This document shows positions 45,095-58,450 of a DNA stretch of 64,000 bases, piece after piece. The notes beneath the pieces were generated by a model. The model was not told the DNA's origin. It ran no database searches and saw only the letters and a program-made list of their open reading frames with translations. The first letter of the stretch is position 1. Each line of letters opens with the position of its first letter. Made by a program: the position numbers and the translations under genes. Source of the stretch: the human T2T-CHM13v2.0 reference genome, Homo sapiens; the NCBI RefSeq assembly GCF_009914755.1, contig NC_060930.1. One strand, 5' to 3'.

Positions 45095-45449
45095 ACATAA
45101 TGTTATGTTAGACATAGCATTATGCTTAAGCAGATCCAGATATGCATGAATATATTGGAGAGACACTGGACTCATGCCAAAATTGAATTTTGATTTTTCA
45201 TAGCCTATGTATATGACAGAGATTATTGTGGCGAGATGGCATAAAAGAAGGAGAAGCAGCAATTGCAAGATTATCACAGCTGAATTCCTTCAGTAATTGC
45301 CACTAACTTGCTGAAATTAAGGAGAGACGTCCTTTCAGGGCAATAATCTTCTGGGGAAGAGATGTTTTATCGAAAACATGAAATTAAAATGTTCTCTAGT
45401 TCTCTCTTTTCATTATTTTCCCTCTTGAGTTGAGTGATTTTCAAAGGTT

Positions 45450-46640
45450 AATACTAAAAACAAATAAACCATCATGGAACTAGAGAACATAAACTTAAGC
45501 AAATGAAAAGGAATGTAGCAAAATGTAGATAAATAATATTGCAAAAGGAGTGGCCTAAAGAATCTTCTGAGGGTAGACAAACAATGCTTCATAGTTTCAA
45601 AGAAATTACAGAATGTTACACATAAAATGAATTAAAGGAGAGATGTTAAGAAAAGATATAAAGAGGGAATATGAATTTAAAGAAGTGATCATTAAAAGAA
45701 ATAACTACAAAAGAAATAGAAAACATTTAAGAGATGAGAGACATAATAAAAATAACAAAATGTAGACTCAACAGGAAAGAAAATAGAGTCAAGTAAGGAT
45801 ACAATGGCTATGCTCGGTAAAATCACACAAAAAATGAAAAACAATTTCATTAAAATGATTTGAAAGATGATAGATATTATAGAGAGACTAAGGAGATCCA
45901 ACATAAACATAATTGGGAACATTAAGAAAAGAAAAATCACAAATATACGCTCACCAAATAAAAATACATAATAGAATAAAATCAGGCATAGAGATTTTAA
46001 TGTAAATATTTTAAAGGTATATAGTCAAGAAAAATAAATTGCTAGAAAACTATCACTCAGGAATAACCTTTTAAAATTTCTGAAATTCAATGGGAAGAAT
46101 AATTCAATAGGCCCTTAGACAAATAAATAAAATCATCTCTATGGGAAAAATGTCAGCCTGCCTTATATTTCTCTATAATGATATTTAAGCATGGAAGGTG
46201 TTGAAAAACTGTATAGTAAATTTTTTGTCAACTTACACATGACCAGTGATTTTCTATGTTTTATCTTTCATACATCTTGAAATGTGTAAAAACTCATAGA
46301 GCTCATAGCTCATTCTGAAAAGGAAATCTTGAAGATAAATTTTAGAAATCCCAGAAAATAATCAAAATTAAGTATTCAACAAAGGAAAGCTATTGTAGAA
46401 GGACAAATAGACAACAGAAGATTATCTTTTAATAAAGAAATAGGTGGAACAACTGTATGTGTTATAATTAATGAGGATATTGTGAAATATAAACTTGACA
46501 ATAAAACAGTAAAGAAAAAATGCTAAAGTAAAACGAAGCAAACACAAAAAAATCCTAGAGAGAAGAGAGGTGAGGAGTGGAGGTGTACTTTTCCTATTCT
46601 TCACCTTTTTTTGCAGAGAGTAAATAGCTGCCTTTCTTGC
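45450..46640 (+). mobile_element. HAL1/L1M ORF1-like ancient element
   Basis: aaggagatccaacataaacataattggg and gtcagcctgccttatatttctc are ORF1-type motifs. Confidence 0.55.
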
Positions 46641-47075
46641 TTTGAAATATCTATCATCTTTCAGATCATTTTAATGAAATTGTTGGTTTCCATTTTTTGT
46701 GTGTGTGATTTCACCAGACATAGCCGTTGTATCCTTACTTGACTCTATTTTCTTTCCTCTTGAGTCTACATTTTGTTCTTTTTATTATGTCTCTCATCTC
46801 TTAAATGTTTTCTTTCTATTTCTTTTGTAGTTATTTTTTCTTTTAATGAACACTTCTTTAAATTCATACTCTGCCTTTATATCTTTTCTTAATATCTCTC
46901 CTTTAACTCATTTTATGTGTATCATTCTGTCATTTATTTGAAACTATGAAGCACTGTTTGTCTACTCTCAGAAGATTCTTTAGGCCACTCCTTTTGCAAT
47001 ATTATTTATCTACCTTTTGCTATATTCCTTTTCATTTGCTTAAGTTTATGTTCTCTGGTTCCAGCATGCTTTATT
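45463..47075. repeat. Long inverted repeat: arms 45463-45878 and 46646-47075, spacer ~767 bp
   Basis: Direct hand alignment, about 27 substitutions and 4 small indels over ~416 bp. Confidence 0.95.
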
Positions 47076-48332
47076 CATTATTAAATATCTTAAACAAGAT
47101 ATTTAAAAAACAAAATATACTATACTCTGCACAATAGCCCAATTCTTAATCTCTTCTATGTCTTTTCAAAGAAAGCTATAAAAGCAAAAATAACAAATAA
47201 AACCACACAGCCACAGCCTCCATACATATTTTCTTATTACTAGTAAACAGAGAACATCATATCCTTGAAATACAGATAAGTAGAATAATCAAAACCAATT
47301 CTAAAAGAACTCCCATTGCAAAGAACAAAGAGTGGAGGTTTAAGGCATTCTGTGACACAGAGAGGAGAGGAAGAAAGGACCTAGCAGAAGCACAGATGAA
47401 ATCACCCCCAGAATAAAGAGAAAGTGCAGATAAATGCCACATTACTAAACGCAGATCAGCAAGTGGTAGTTCACAGCTTTGACTAGAAGGAAAGGACTAG
47501 AAGCTATGTATAATAAGGGGTATCCATCTCTGGAAAACATGGTTTCTTAGGTAGAAGTAGGTATGTAGTGAAGTGCTGGTAGTCCTTGGAGACATTGTAG
47601 GGGAGAGAAAGAAGAAATAAGAGGGGAAAACCAAAGATCCTAAGAAATTAAAGAAAAAAACTATGCCTTCTCTTCTTTTTCAAGTAGAAAAAAATGCAGT
47701 TATGTTATACCTAAATGTTGTATTAAATGCTTTACTCTGAAAAGAGATAACAAGCCATTTTTCAAGTGCCTATGATATTTGCACAATAACTAATTCTATA
47801 CTTAGAGTTCACATATAAGAGAGAAATGAAGATTCCAAATATATCTAAATAGTGAAAATACGTAGATAACTTCATCCAATTGTAGCTCGGTAGCAATAGA
47901 TATTAATGAACTAAGAAAAAAATGTGCTCTTTTAACTGGAAATAAGAAATGTTCTCCTTCAATGCTTGGCCAAAAAATGAGTTTATAATGTAAACTTCAA
48001 AATATCTAGAAAATATCAAATATCCTATCATATATAGTTACTCTCCCTTGGTTTGTCTTCCGTTTTCTTTGTGAAAATGCATGGAAAGAGTTTACAACTC
48101 TAGTTATTTCCCCAATTCTGTTTTAATTCATTTAAAGGAGAGTGCTGGTCCTCTTTACCAATACCTGTTGTTCAAAAGACATATGTTGGTATGCATCTAC
48201 TCCAAAGAATGAAGTAGAATTCTAGGTGCTGACATGCAAAGTTCTCCAAGAGATATTTTCAGTGTTATATGTCATATAATCCTTGTGTAGGTTTTTAAAT
48301 GGTGTATCTCCAGGGAGACACATATACTAGGG

Positions 48333-48826
48333 CAGTGGTCTCCAACCATTTTGGAGCCAGGGACTGGTTTTGTGGGAGATAATTTTTCCACAGACCTGGG
48401 GTTGGAGGTGGCTTTGGGAGGATTCAAGCATATTGCATTTATTGTGCACTTTTTTTCTATTATTATTATGTTGTAATATATGATGAAATAATTATACAAC
48501 TGACCGTAATGTAGAATCAATGGGAGACCTGAGCTTGTTTTCCTGCAACTAGATGATCCCATCTGGGTGTGATGGGAGACAGTGACAGATATCAGGCATC
48601 AGATTCTCATAAGGAGCACACGACCTAGATCCCTCGCCCGCACAGTTCACCATAGGGTTCATGCTCCTATGAGCATCTAATGCTGCTGCTGATCTGACAA
48701 GAGTTGGGCAGTATTGTAAGCCATGGGGAGCAGCTGTAAATACAGATGAAGCTTTGCTCACTAGCATGCCACTCACCTCCTGCTGGGTGGCCCTGTTCCT
48801 AACAGGCCACGTGGGTTGGGGACCCG
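48333..48826 (+). mobile_element. MER1A (hAT-Charlie)
   Basis: TIR-like ends cagtggtctccaacc / ggttggggacccg; 8-bp TSD tactaggg. Confidence 0.93.
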
Positions 48827-49139
48827 TACTAGGGTATGCACACTTTTTGCAAGGAATAATGGAAATATGATGTTAACTATTAAGGATGAATGGAATAGAT
48901 AAAACATTTTTACTTTATATTTTACTACATTTTCTACCACTTTAATTTCTAAACCATGAATAATAAACTTTTATTTAAAAATAAAACGAGGTGTACGTGA
49001 ATAGTGGGCTTATTGACCACTTTTTTTTCTTTTTAACAGTACTTTACATTAGTAATATGCCTTTACAAAAAACAAATGTAAGTTAAGAGATAATGCCAAA
49101 GTGGGTACTATATGTAAAATGAGGAGGCCTACGCACAAA

Positions 49140-52080
49140 AAAAAAAAAAAAGAAAGGAAATTTAACATCAAAATTACTTAAAATATCAATGCAAAATCTT
49201 AGGTTATTATTAAACAGAATATTTCACATACCATGAACAAGTGAGATTAATCATGGGACTTAAAGATGGTTTACTATTTATGAATCTATGGTATAATTCA
49301 ACATATCAAAAAAATAAAAGACAGGTCATTAGTATAAGTGACAATAATGCTTTGTTAAACTTCACCTTTTTTTTTACAGTAAATAAAACTATATAATAAA
49401 GGTATTTACACAATTCCTTATCATACCAAACTAACTTTATCTCAATCCCAGAGTGACATCATGCAAAAGAGAAAACTTACAGTAACACTCAATTAAAATA
49501 AATAAAGATAGCTATGTCTATTATTGCCAATATCAAAAAACATTGATTTGAAACTCTTAGCCATCAGGAAAAATAAGAAAATAAATTAGAGTTATAAAAA
49601 TTAGAACTAAGGTTGAAAATTACCACTTTATTCAGACGATATGACCTGGAACACAACATCAGATCTAGTGGAAAAACTGCCCGAACACTAAACAGTATCA
49701 TGAAGATGTCTAGATAAAAAGTAATAAGTAATCCATCAATTTCATACATACAAAAGCCACTGAAAATATATAATGAAAGAGGAAACCCATTTAAAGTAGC
49801 AACAACAAATAAAATACCTAGGGCTAACACTAACAATGGCGAAATACTTATACAAAGGTAACTTTAAAGTATTTGTAAGGGACATAAAAATGTCTTGATG
49901 AAATATAATAGTATGCTTTCCTTTGGGAAGACTTGAAGTATAAAGATGTCACTTCTTTTTAAAATAATCTATTAATTTAGGGCAATCTCAATAAAAAGTA
50001 CCTACAGGATATTCTTTGGTGAAGTTAATACTCATGTAGGTAATAAACTAGCAAATGTGTCCAGGAGAATTTTGAAAAAGAAAGCAACAAGAAGGAACTT
50101 ATTCTATTAGATATGAAAACAACTTACAATGCATGTCCTGGTACTTGTTAATGAATAAGATGAACAAGCAATGGCATGCAAACAATTGAATAAAGCTACA
50201 AAGTAAAACTTGAAATATTATATGTGTGGCATACTAATTAGTAAAAAAAAATCTGAATTATTGAGGAAATTCTATTGTAACATTACAGTCATATTGCAAA
50301 AGTAAAGTTGGATCTATTCCTCAGTTCTTAAAAGTTATTAAATTTAAATGGAAATGATACTTAAAAATAACATTAAAACAAAATATCTTAGAAATTTCTT
50401 TAGACATTATAAATGTCCAACTCATGAAACAAGTATACAAAGATTATCTACAGATAAATAATACCCATAAACCAACATGAAAAAGACTAAACACAGTACT
50501 AAGAAATTGGGAAAAGACAGACAGTTCACTAAAAGGATATAAAAGGGCCCTAAAGCATATGAAAATATGTTCAACCTCTTTTATAATATGAGAAAGACAG
50601 GAAAGATAAACTTTTGCTGATATACAGTTTATCACCTATCAGATGGTTAAAGATAAATGTCTAATCATTTTTATTGAAAAATATCTTATGGATGTGTAAA
50701 TTGGTATAACATGTATGGAGGGCAATTGAGAATACCCATCAACATTATACATGATAGATATCCTTTGGCCAGCAACTCCAATTTCCAGGAATTTATCCTG
50801 TGGATTCAGTCACACTTATAAGCAATGAGGTATGTGGTTAATGAGTACAACACTGTTAGCAATTGCAAAAGATTATAAAGGATGTCATGTTCATGTTTGA
50901 AGACAACTGGCTACATTGTGATACATCCATAGGTTGCCAATTCAGCCAGGAACACAAAAACTAAGTAGAAATTCTTTATCAATATTGAATGTTCTCTAAG
51001 ATATATTTTAAGTGGAAATATATGCAAAACAATGGTACTTTTCATACATGAAAATAAAAATATATACACATGTATACATATGTATACCAAATATATGTAT
51101 GTATATATGTATACAAAATGATTTCTGGGATGATATACAAGACATTGATAATGTTACCTGAGGAGAGGGTCTGGTAATTGAGAATTAGAGGTAGGAGAGA
51201 AAGATTTCACTTTATCACATTTTGAATTTTTTTGTATTTTAAGCCATATCAAATATTTTCTGTTCAAAAATAAACTCTAAGCATTTTAATTTAGAAAGAT
51301 TAAAAGTCAAAAATTATCATAGATTTCATTCTTGAATATTATAAATAAAAATTAATTATAAAAGTTTATAGAACAATAACAATAAGCCTGAAGAAATAAA
51401 AACCATTCTCCTTAATGACTAATAAATCATGAAAAGATCAAATGTGCAATTAGAGGCTTAAGAAAATCATGGCGATATACACATCACACATCAAAACAAA
51501 TGGGATCCCATTAAAACTATATGAAAATTAAAACCATAAATTTTAATAAAAGGAGAAAGACAATAGCTGAACTTTATTTGTTTATAACTCAAATTATAAC
51601 TATAACCAAATTGAGGGAAAAAGAAAAACCTGGAATAGCAGACACTTATTAATGAATTGTATAATTTAAATTATTAATAGATTCGTGATGAACTCAAACA
51701 CTGGCTTCTGATGCACTGAGGTAACCTCTGGTAAATGTAGTCAATAGCAATAGAAAGTGAAATAACATTGTATATGAGGAAGTGGGGGAAAGAGACATAG
51801 GGATAATTATAATATATTTAAAATCTATATGCTCATATACTATTACCTATAAAATACAATGAATGTAGAATCTTACCTGACTTCTTTTTCTTTTACCAGC
51901 ACCCAAAACACAGAAGTGTAACAAAAAGATACGAGAAAAGTAAAAAAAAAAAAAACAAAAAACAGTAAACGCTCTCTGGAATAAGAGAAATTGTTGATCC
52001 AAGAAGAAATGCTGACTATATTATTTATACTGAATTTATTACAACCTAAGAATTACCCATGTAACAAGATAATGAAAAAA
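49140..52080 (+). mobile_element. Ancient L1ME ORF2/3'UTR fragments
   Basis: ttattcagacgatatga (FADDM remnant), aataaaatacctaggg, aagcatatgaaaatatgttcaacctc; 3'UTR ends near 51270. Confidence 0.7.
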
Positions 52081-52107
52081 ATAAGATACAAAGTAGGGAA
52101 AAATATT

Positions 52108-52340
52108 TAAAATTGCTAAAATTTTTACTCTGTATCAGGTACTGTCCTGTCTTAATAACCAGTTTAATCTCTCTCAACAATCATTTTATATAGGTCCAAA
52201 TTTACAAATGAGGAAATTAATGAAACAAGACACTGAACAATGTGTCTAAGAGTACACACAGAGTACATTGCTATGTCAGGATTCAGACCTAATCTGTGTG
52301 GTTGTAGATCTGAGATTCTTAACCACCGTGCCATCCTCTC
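52108..52340 (-). mobile_element. MIR
   Basis: tttacaaatgaggaaa...caggattcagacct...ttcttaaccac core. Confidence 0.7.
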
Positions 52341-52717
52341 TACCAAGAAATTCTCAAAGCATTGACCAACCCCACTTCGGAACCAATGAGTCCAGTAACA
52401 CAGAAACAAAGGACTCTAGCAAAGTAACCACAAAGTAATTTCATAAAAATCAGTAGAAGACTGATTTAGCCTGAAATAACTCATGGTGGTAGTAATCTAC
52501 ACCATGAAAAACAGCTACTTTTAAAACATTCATTATTATATCACTGAATAGAACTAATGATATACTGTTAACATGTTGACACATGATAAAATTGGCATCA
52601 GTTGGGGAAGAAGCTGTACAGTGATCCCTATCTTACGGTGACAATTGTCTGAATACCAAACTATGTTCTATATAGTACAATATTTTTATAGAAGAATATC
52701 TGAAGGGAAATATAATA

Positions 52718-53061
52718 TGGTCATGAATCACCTAACAGGAATATAGTTTGAGAAATGCACTGTTAGTAGATCTTGTCCTTTTGTGTACGTCATAGAGTGT
52801 ACTTTCACAAACCTAGATGATATAGTCTCCTACATACTTAGGCTCAATGATATAGCCTATTGCTTCTAAGCTACAAACCTGTACAGCATGTTACTATACT
52901 GAATACTGTAGGCATTTGTAACAGAGTGATACTTGTGTACCTTAACATATATAAACATACAAAGGGTGCAGTAAAAATATATTTCTATTATAATCTTATG
53001 ACAACATCACTGTATAAGTAGTGCATCATTGACTGAAATGTCATTATGCAATGCATAACTG
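52718..53061 (+). mobile_element. Tigger3a (MER7A-like)
   Basis: catagagtgtactttcacaaacctagatg...gctacaaacctgtacagcatgttac...gcataactg, with TA flanks. Confidence 0.85.
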
Positions 53062-53385
53062 TATATTCTTATGGTAGGTTTATAAATAGATGTTAATTGT
53101 GTTTTTAAAATTTTTTCATTTAACAACATCTTGCCTATGGGCATGGCTTTATTTTCTTTTATCAGAATTCTGTCATTTTTTTATCCTATTGCGTGGCTAA
53201 TTATTTTTTTCTTAACATCATTTTTATGCCAAAAGCTCTAATACCTCAGCTTTTTATAGTCTATCCTAGAGCCTAGGGTTAAACCTGACATCAATTATCA
53301 CTATCTCTTATTTCTTGGACTCAAATTGATTCTTATCTAGTCTTTCCCAGACACTGGCATTTGTGTAATTCTTCTTGATGCTTGA

Positions 53386-53694
<309 letters not shown>

Positions 53695-54150
53695 TGTACT
53701 TGATATTTTGATAGATGTATATGACATAACAAATGCTTAATTCTTTTCTTTAGTATCCTTGGTAAATACTAATTAAAATTAAACCTGTTGACTTTGAAGT
53801 AGAAGGGTACTCACTAGTTTCTGGGAGCAAGTTTCATCTTTGAATGGCTATGGCTTTTAGAAAAACTTCATATTATTTGTGTTAAAATTAGGCACCCTAT
53901 AAATCTGTTGACTTAATGCTAGTACCTGGAGCTACAAAGAAAATGTTAATCCTTTCTTCATACCCTGTGGCGCACATCACAAACTCTACCTGCAGCAACA
54001 CCTTTGCAATGTAACTTTGTAACTCCTCCTATTAATATCAATCAGGAATTGATGGGAGAAGTGAAAATAGTAGGATTGCTATGGAATAGGGGATTTATTA
54101 AATAAAATTGGACCAAAGGCCACTGTGGGAGCTGGTTAAATAATGTTATG

Positions 54151-54519
54151 TGTCTTAGTTTGTCTTCCGTTGCTATAACACATATCACAAACTGGGTAAT
54201 TTATAAAGAAAATGAATTTATTTCTTATAGTTCTAGAGGCTGCCAAGTCCAAGGTTGAGGGCCATATTTTGTGAGGGCTTTTGTGCCACATCATAACATG
54301 GCAGAGGGCATCACATGATGACAGGGCAAGAGTGTGCCAGCTCAAGTCTCTCTTCCTCTTCTTAAAAAGCCAGTAGTCCTATCATGGGGGACGCACCTGA
54401 TGAGCTTATCAAATACTAATTACCTCTCAAATTCCCCACCCTTAAATGCCATCAACATATGAATTTGGGGATTAAGTTTTTAACAGGTGAAATTTAGGGG
54501 ACACATTCAACCCATAGCA
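54151..54519 (-). mobile_element. MST (MSTB/C-like) LTR
   Basis: tgtcttagtttg...acacattcaacccatagca; TSD ttatg / gtatg. Confidence 0.88.
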
Positions 54520-54774
54520 GTATGTATACCAGTTGCTTTTGTGCCTACTACCAGGCAGTTAGGAAGATGGGCTTGTATTGTGGGAGAAGGAGGACAAACT
54601 TGGAAACTATGAGGGCTACCTTGGAACCCACAAGTGCAAACTGGAAGCAACATTGCCTCTCATTACCTCCAAGCATCAAATGTGATGAAATAGGTAACCT
54701 ATAGGAGAAGTTGGCACCCTCCATTAGGAAGCTAAATACCTTCTCTAGGAGTGGGATAAGCTGAAGGAGGAGAT

Positions 54775-55274
54775 TGTTGGGAAGAAAAGGACTGTTGTGT
54801 CTCTCAAATTTCTGTACATTTTGTGAGATGAGGTAGATGACTTTAGTTCCAGACTCTTTTCTCAAGAATGTGTGTATAACGAACTGCCTTGGAAAATATA
54901 GTTTCTCCTTTCAGGGCAAAGATCATATTTGTTTGCTGATTAATATAATAAAAATACTGTTTTCCTCTGTGCATAGGTTGGGAAGGTTTGCTTGTGGCTC
55001 CTTTAACATATTAGGCCTTTTTAAGCACCGTGTTTCTCAATTTCAGTGTACAGTATAAACCTGGACCACTCCAGGCTGACCGTGTGGGTTTTGGAAAATA
55101 AGGAGAACCAGTACAAACATGAAGTTTATGCTGATTGTTGTGTCCTAAATAATAAAGTCCTTTGATTCTGATCCAAGAGTTTTGTATCTTCTGCCAGCTT
55201 CCATGAAATTGTAGCAGGATAATATGTTAGATTGCAAGGTGAGTAAAATCTGAGATCTTTCACAGTTTTTGACA
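54775..55274 (+). mobile_element. LTR40-like solo LTR (ERVL)
   Basis: TG...CA termini, TSD GAGAT, end aataaagtcctttg...ttcacagtttttgaca. Confidence 0.8.
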
Positions 55275-55603
55275 GAGATTCATAGAACCTGGAGGAGATG
55301 TAAGCCTGGCTATGGCTTCACAGGTAGTTCGACAGGTAAGCCAGGAGATCTGTAACAATTTGCATTTGCTACAATGCTGCAAAAGTGCCTGTCTTACACC
55401 CACATTCCTAATATTAACATGGCTGCTGCTTCACTTTCACCTTCTAGGTTCCATGCAAATTTCTCTAGTAGCCAATTTTGCCCAGATCCATGCAGGAAAG
55501 AGAATTCTAGGATACACGGTTTCAGTTTAGATAAATCAGTGGAATACGCAGCCACTACACAAGAGGAGTTTATTTCTTTACCCATTCAATCTGGGCTGTG
55601 TGG

Positions 55604-56605
55604 TGTAAGGCCTGAAAGTAACATGCAATTAATTAAGTGGTTTCTTGATATCTTTGAGTCTCACATGGACCCAGCACCCTACCACGAGTTCCCCAATCTT
55701 TGCCAGATATACCTTCCACCAAATAGGCAAGCCTCTCATCTAAACAGTTCCTTTATCAGCCAGACCAGGTTCACTCTACCTGGTTCTCAACCTAATGGGC
55801 TTCACCTTCCTTCTAACTTACAAAATTACTCAAACAAGCCAGTTACATTCTCCCATGGGAACCAGAAGGTACTTTGGGGGGGTTCAGTCAGGATGGTGGG
55901 AGAAATTGTAAAATTACAGGAATAGAAAGAAGGAAACCTTCTTGGAAGGCTGGGGAGTTTTGCATAACTTCAGATAGTTTGGCTGAAGGCAGCCAGATTT
56001 TCTTTTCAGGAGCCAGAGAGCTTAGGGCACAGATAGAAAGGAATGTAGAGTAGTTTACCTAAATAGCTTGTTTACTCATGTGGTCCTAAAATCAACCTTC
56101 ATTCAAGGGCAAGATGGCCCTGTCCCAGGTCGGGGTGACCAGATTAATTACCCACAGGTGTGTTGACTCAAGCCTTTGTCAATTAAATCTATACTGAATA
56201 AATGCGAGCTTTGCTGGCTGATCTGGGCCATGGCTGCTACTCTTTACAACACCTTCCTTGGTGTCCGTGAGGGGCCCGGACCCTAAGCCGGACTGACAAG
56301 CAGAATATCTGTGTCAATGTACGTTATTTGTCTGTCATTGGGTCAGGGTCTGTGGGATGGACCCCTGCAGCACTCCTATGAATGTTGCTGTCCACAGACT
56401 CGTCTGGTTCCCTCTGACCCAGAGAGCAGCTCCCATGTGTCCCTATGTGTAACGTGGTTTCCTCTTCCCCTAGGCTGTAAGTATATATGATCACTAAACT
56501 GCCATCAAGGTCATCTATCAAGACTCAGATGTTGTGTGTTTAGCAATAACCTACGACAGGAATTCCTTCTTCATTGACTGCTTGAAGAGGGGGTAAATAA
56601 CACAG
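55604..56605 (+). mobile_element. MER73/74-like ERVL LTR split by LTR22
   Basis: Halves flank LTR22; ctcttcccctaggctgtaagtatatatgatcactaaactgcc motif. Confidence 0.55.
55875..56369 (+). mobile_element. LTR22 solo LTR (HERV-K HML-5)
   Basis: tggggggttcagtcaggatggtgggagaaattgt...ggtctgtgggatggacccctgca; degenerate TSD gtactt / gcactc. Confidence 0.85.
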
Positions 56606-56609
56606 ACTG

Positions 56610-57372
56610 AACTTGAGACTTGTTTTGGCTTAGGTGATTCAGTGGAAGTGATGCTGTGGTTCTGAGCCTAACCTTGAGAGTCTGCTATGATTTGAATGTA
56701 TGTCTCTCCAAAATTCATATGTTGAAAGTTAAACACAAAGGTGATGGTGTTAGAAGGTGGGGCTTTGGGATGTCATTAGGCCATAGGGCTGTATGCTCAT
56801 TTGAATGGGATTAATGCTACTATAAAAGAGGAGGAGGGAACTAGCTATCCTCTCTTGTCCTTTTTGTCCTTCCACCAGGTGAGGACACAGGGTTCAAAGT
56901 GCCATTTCAGTAGCAACAACCAGACCCTAACCAGCCACCAAAGCTGCTGCCTCTTTGATCTTGAACATTCCAGCCTCCAGAACACTGAGAAATAAATTTC
57001 TATTATTTATAAATTATCCAGTCTGTGGTATTTTGTTACAGAGGCAGGGACAGATTCAGACAAGGTCATTCATGTTTCCTCTTCTCTCTCAAAACACTTT
57101 TGAGCCTAGTCTAGCCAGCTAGATAACAAGGGATACATGGCCCAGGTGCCCAGTCCACCACTGTTTTCCCAGCTCCAAACAAGCAAACACCAAGAAGCAC
57201 AGTTCCCTCCTGACTACAGATTCAAGAGAGAGGCCAGCTGAGATTGGAACAATTAATCTGATGAGCCTAGCCTAAATTGCAGACTCCAATAATTATTACC
57301 TAAATGAATGGTCATTGTTTGAAAGCATTCATTTTTCTACTGGTTTGTTACACAGCAATAGGAAACTGACAG
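56610..57372 (+). mobile_element. Old MLT1 (MLT1F/H-like) LTR split by a younger MaLR
   Basis: gagcctagcctaaattgcagact...gtttgttacacagcaataggaaactgaca. Confidence 0.6.
56683..57062 (+). mobile_element. MLT1A/MSTD-like LTR
   Basis: tgctatgatttgaatgtatgtctctccaaaattcatatgttgaaa...cagcctccagaacactgagaaataaatttct. Confidence 0.88.
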
Positions 57373-57454
57373 TCTACAATGTATTTTAAAAAGAAAAGTT
57401 ACAAGTTTTTTTATGTCTCCAGAGTAACAAACGTAACATTCTAATATCAGGATG

Positions 57455-57660
57455 TATGTTGTAGAAAGAGCATGGGAGTTGCAGTCAGGAGAACTAGATT
57501 GTAGATCAGGCATTACCACTTACTAACTGTAGAATTTGTCAGATATATATTCCTTTAGAGCTTCAACTTTATAAACCTCTAAAGGATTATATATCTGACA
57601 AATCCTACACAGTGAATTAAAGCATCAATCATACACAATGATATAAAGCATTAATACAAT
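57455..57660 (+). mobile_element. MIR
   Basis: gtagaaagagcatgggagttgcagtcagg...ccacttactaactgt. Confidence 0.65.
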
Positions 57661-57754
57661 GCTTTATATTATTGAGTTTAGTGATAACATATAAGGTCTA
57701 CTGCTCACTTCTTCCTATTGTAGGCACCCACAAAAATGCTTTTGTCTTAATATC

Positions 57755-58450
57755 AATTCTCTGTCACACTCACTGGCCTGTGGATTATGAAATGGAGCTT
57801 CCGTGTTTCAAAACCAGGAAGGTCATTTTCCCATATCCATTCTTTGTATCTCCTTCATGATTTCTCAGAGTACAGTAACATGCCACAGTTATTGAATTTG
57901 TCCATTTTCTTAGACTCTAAGCAAATCATTTTTCTTGACTAAGATGTATGGATTCTTTTATTACATTCTTCTCTCTAGTATTTGGTTTCAGTTTTCTATG
58001 ACTCAATTTTGTTCTAGTATTTGCAAGATTTTATGATCACTTCTGATAAAGGTAGTAGAAGCAGATTACCAAGGAGTCTAACAACTATTTTACCCGAGAA
58101 GCCACTAACAGCTCCCCTTAAACATACAGAACTGGAAGATCCTCCATGTTGTACTTGTCTCCAACTTTTGAGGTCTACCTTGTGGTCTTTAGAGGTAAAA
58201 ACTTTGAAATATTTCTTTTTATGTATTCAATATGCTTCTCTGTCTTCATCACTTTATATATGTATTACTTTTTTTCTGCTTCTTTGGAGAATTTTCATCT
58301 GTTATATCTTCATTGCTTCACTTAGTTTTCACTGATGGCTTCTCCACAGGTCAAAATTATCATATATCTTTGTGGTCTAGGTTATTTTTCCTTCTCTCAT
58401 ATTATTCCATTTCAAATGAAGTCTTACTGATTCAAATTATCTTCCACCTA
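57755..58450 (-). mobile_element. CR1/L3 reverse-transcriptase region remnant
   Basis: Minus strand gaaaatgaccttcctggttttgaaacacgg...ccacaggccagtgagtgtgac parallels CR1 RT ANVVPIFKKG...NYRPVSLT. Confidence 0.45.

Larger units (their letters stand above)
54035..55560 (-). mobile_element. Old ERVL-type host LTR split by MST and LTR40
   Basis: ggggatttatt at left; ggaaagagaattctagg...gccactaca at right. Confidence 0.4.

Noticed and set aside
55374-55925. 183-aa ORF, longest in the track
   Set aside because: Runs across three unrelated LTR pieces, has a non-ATG start and no recognisable domain; chance ORF.
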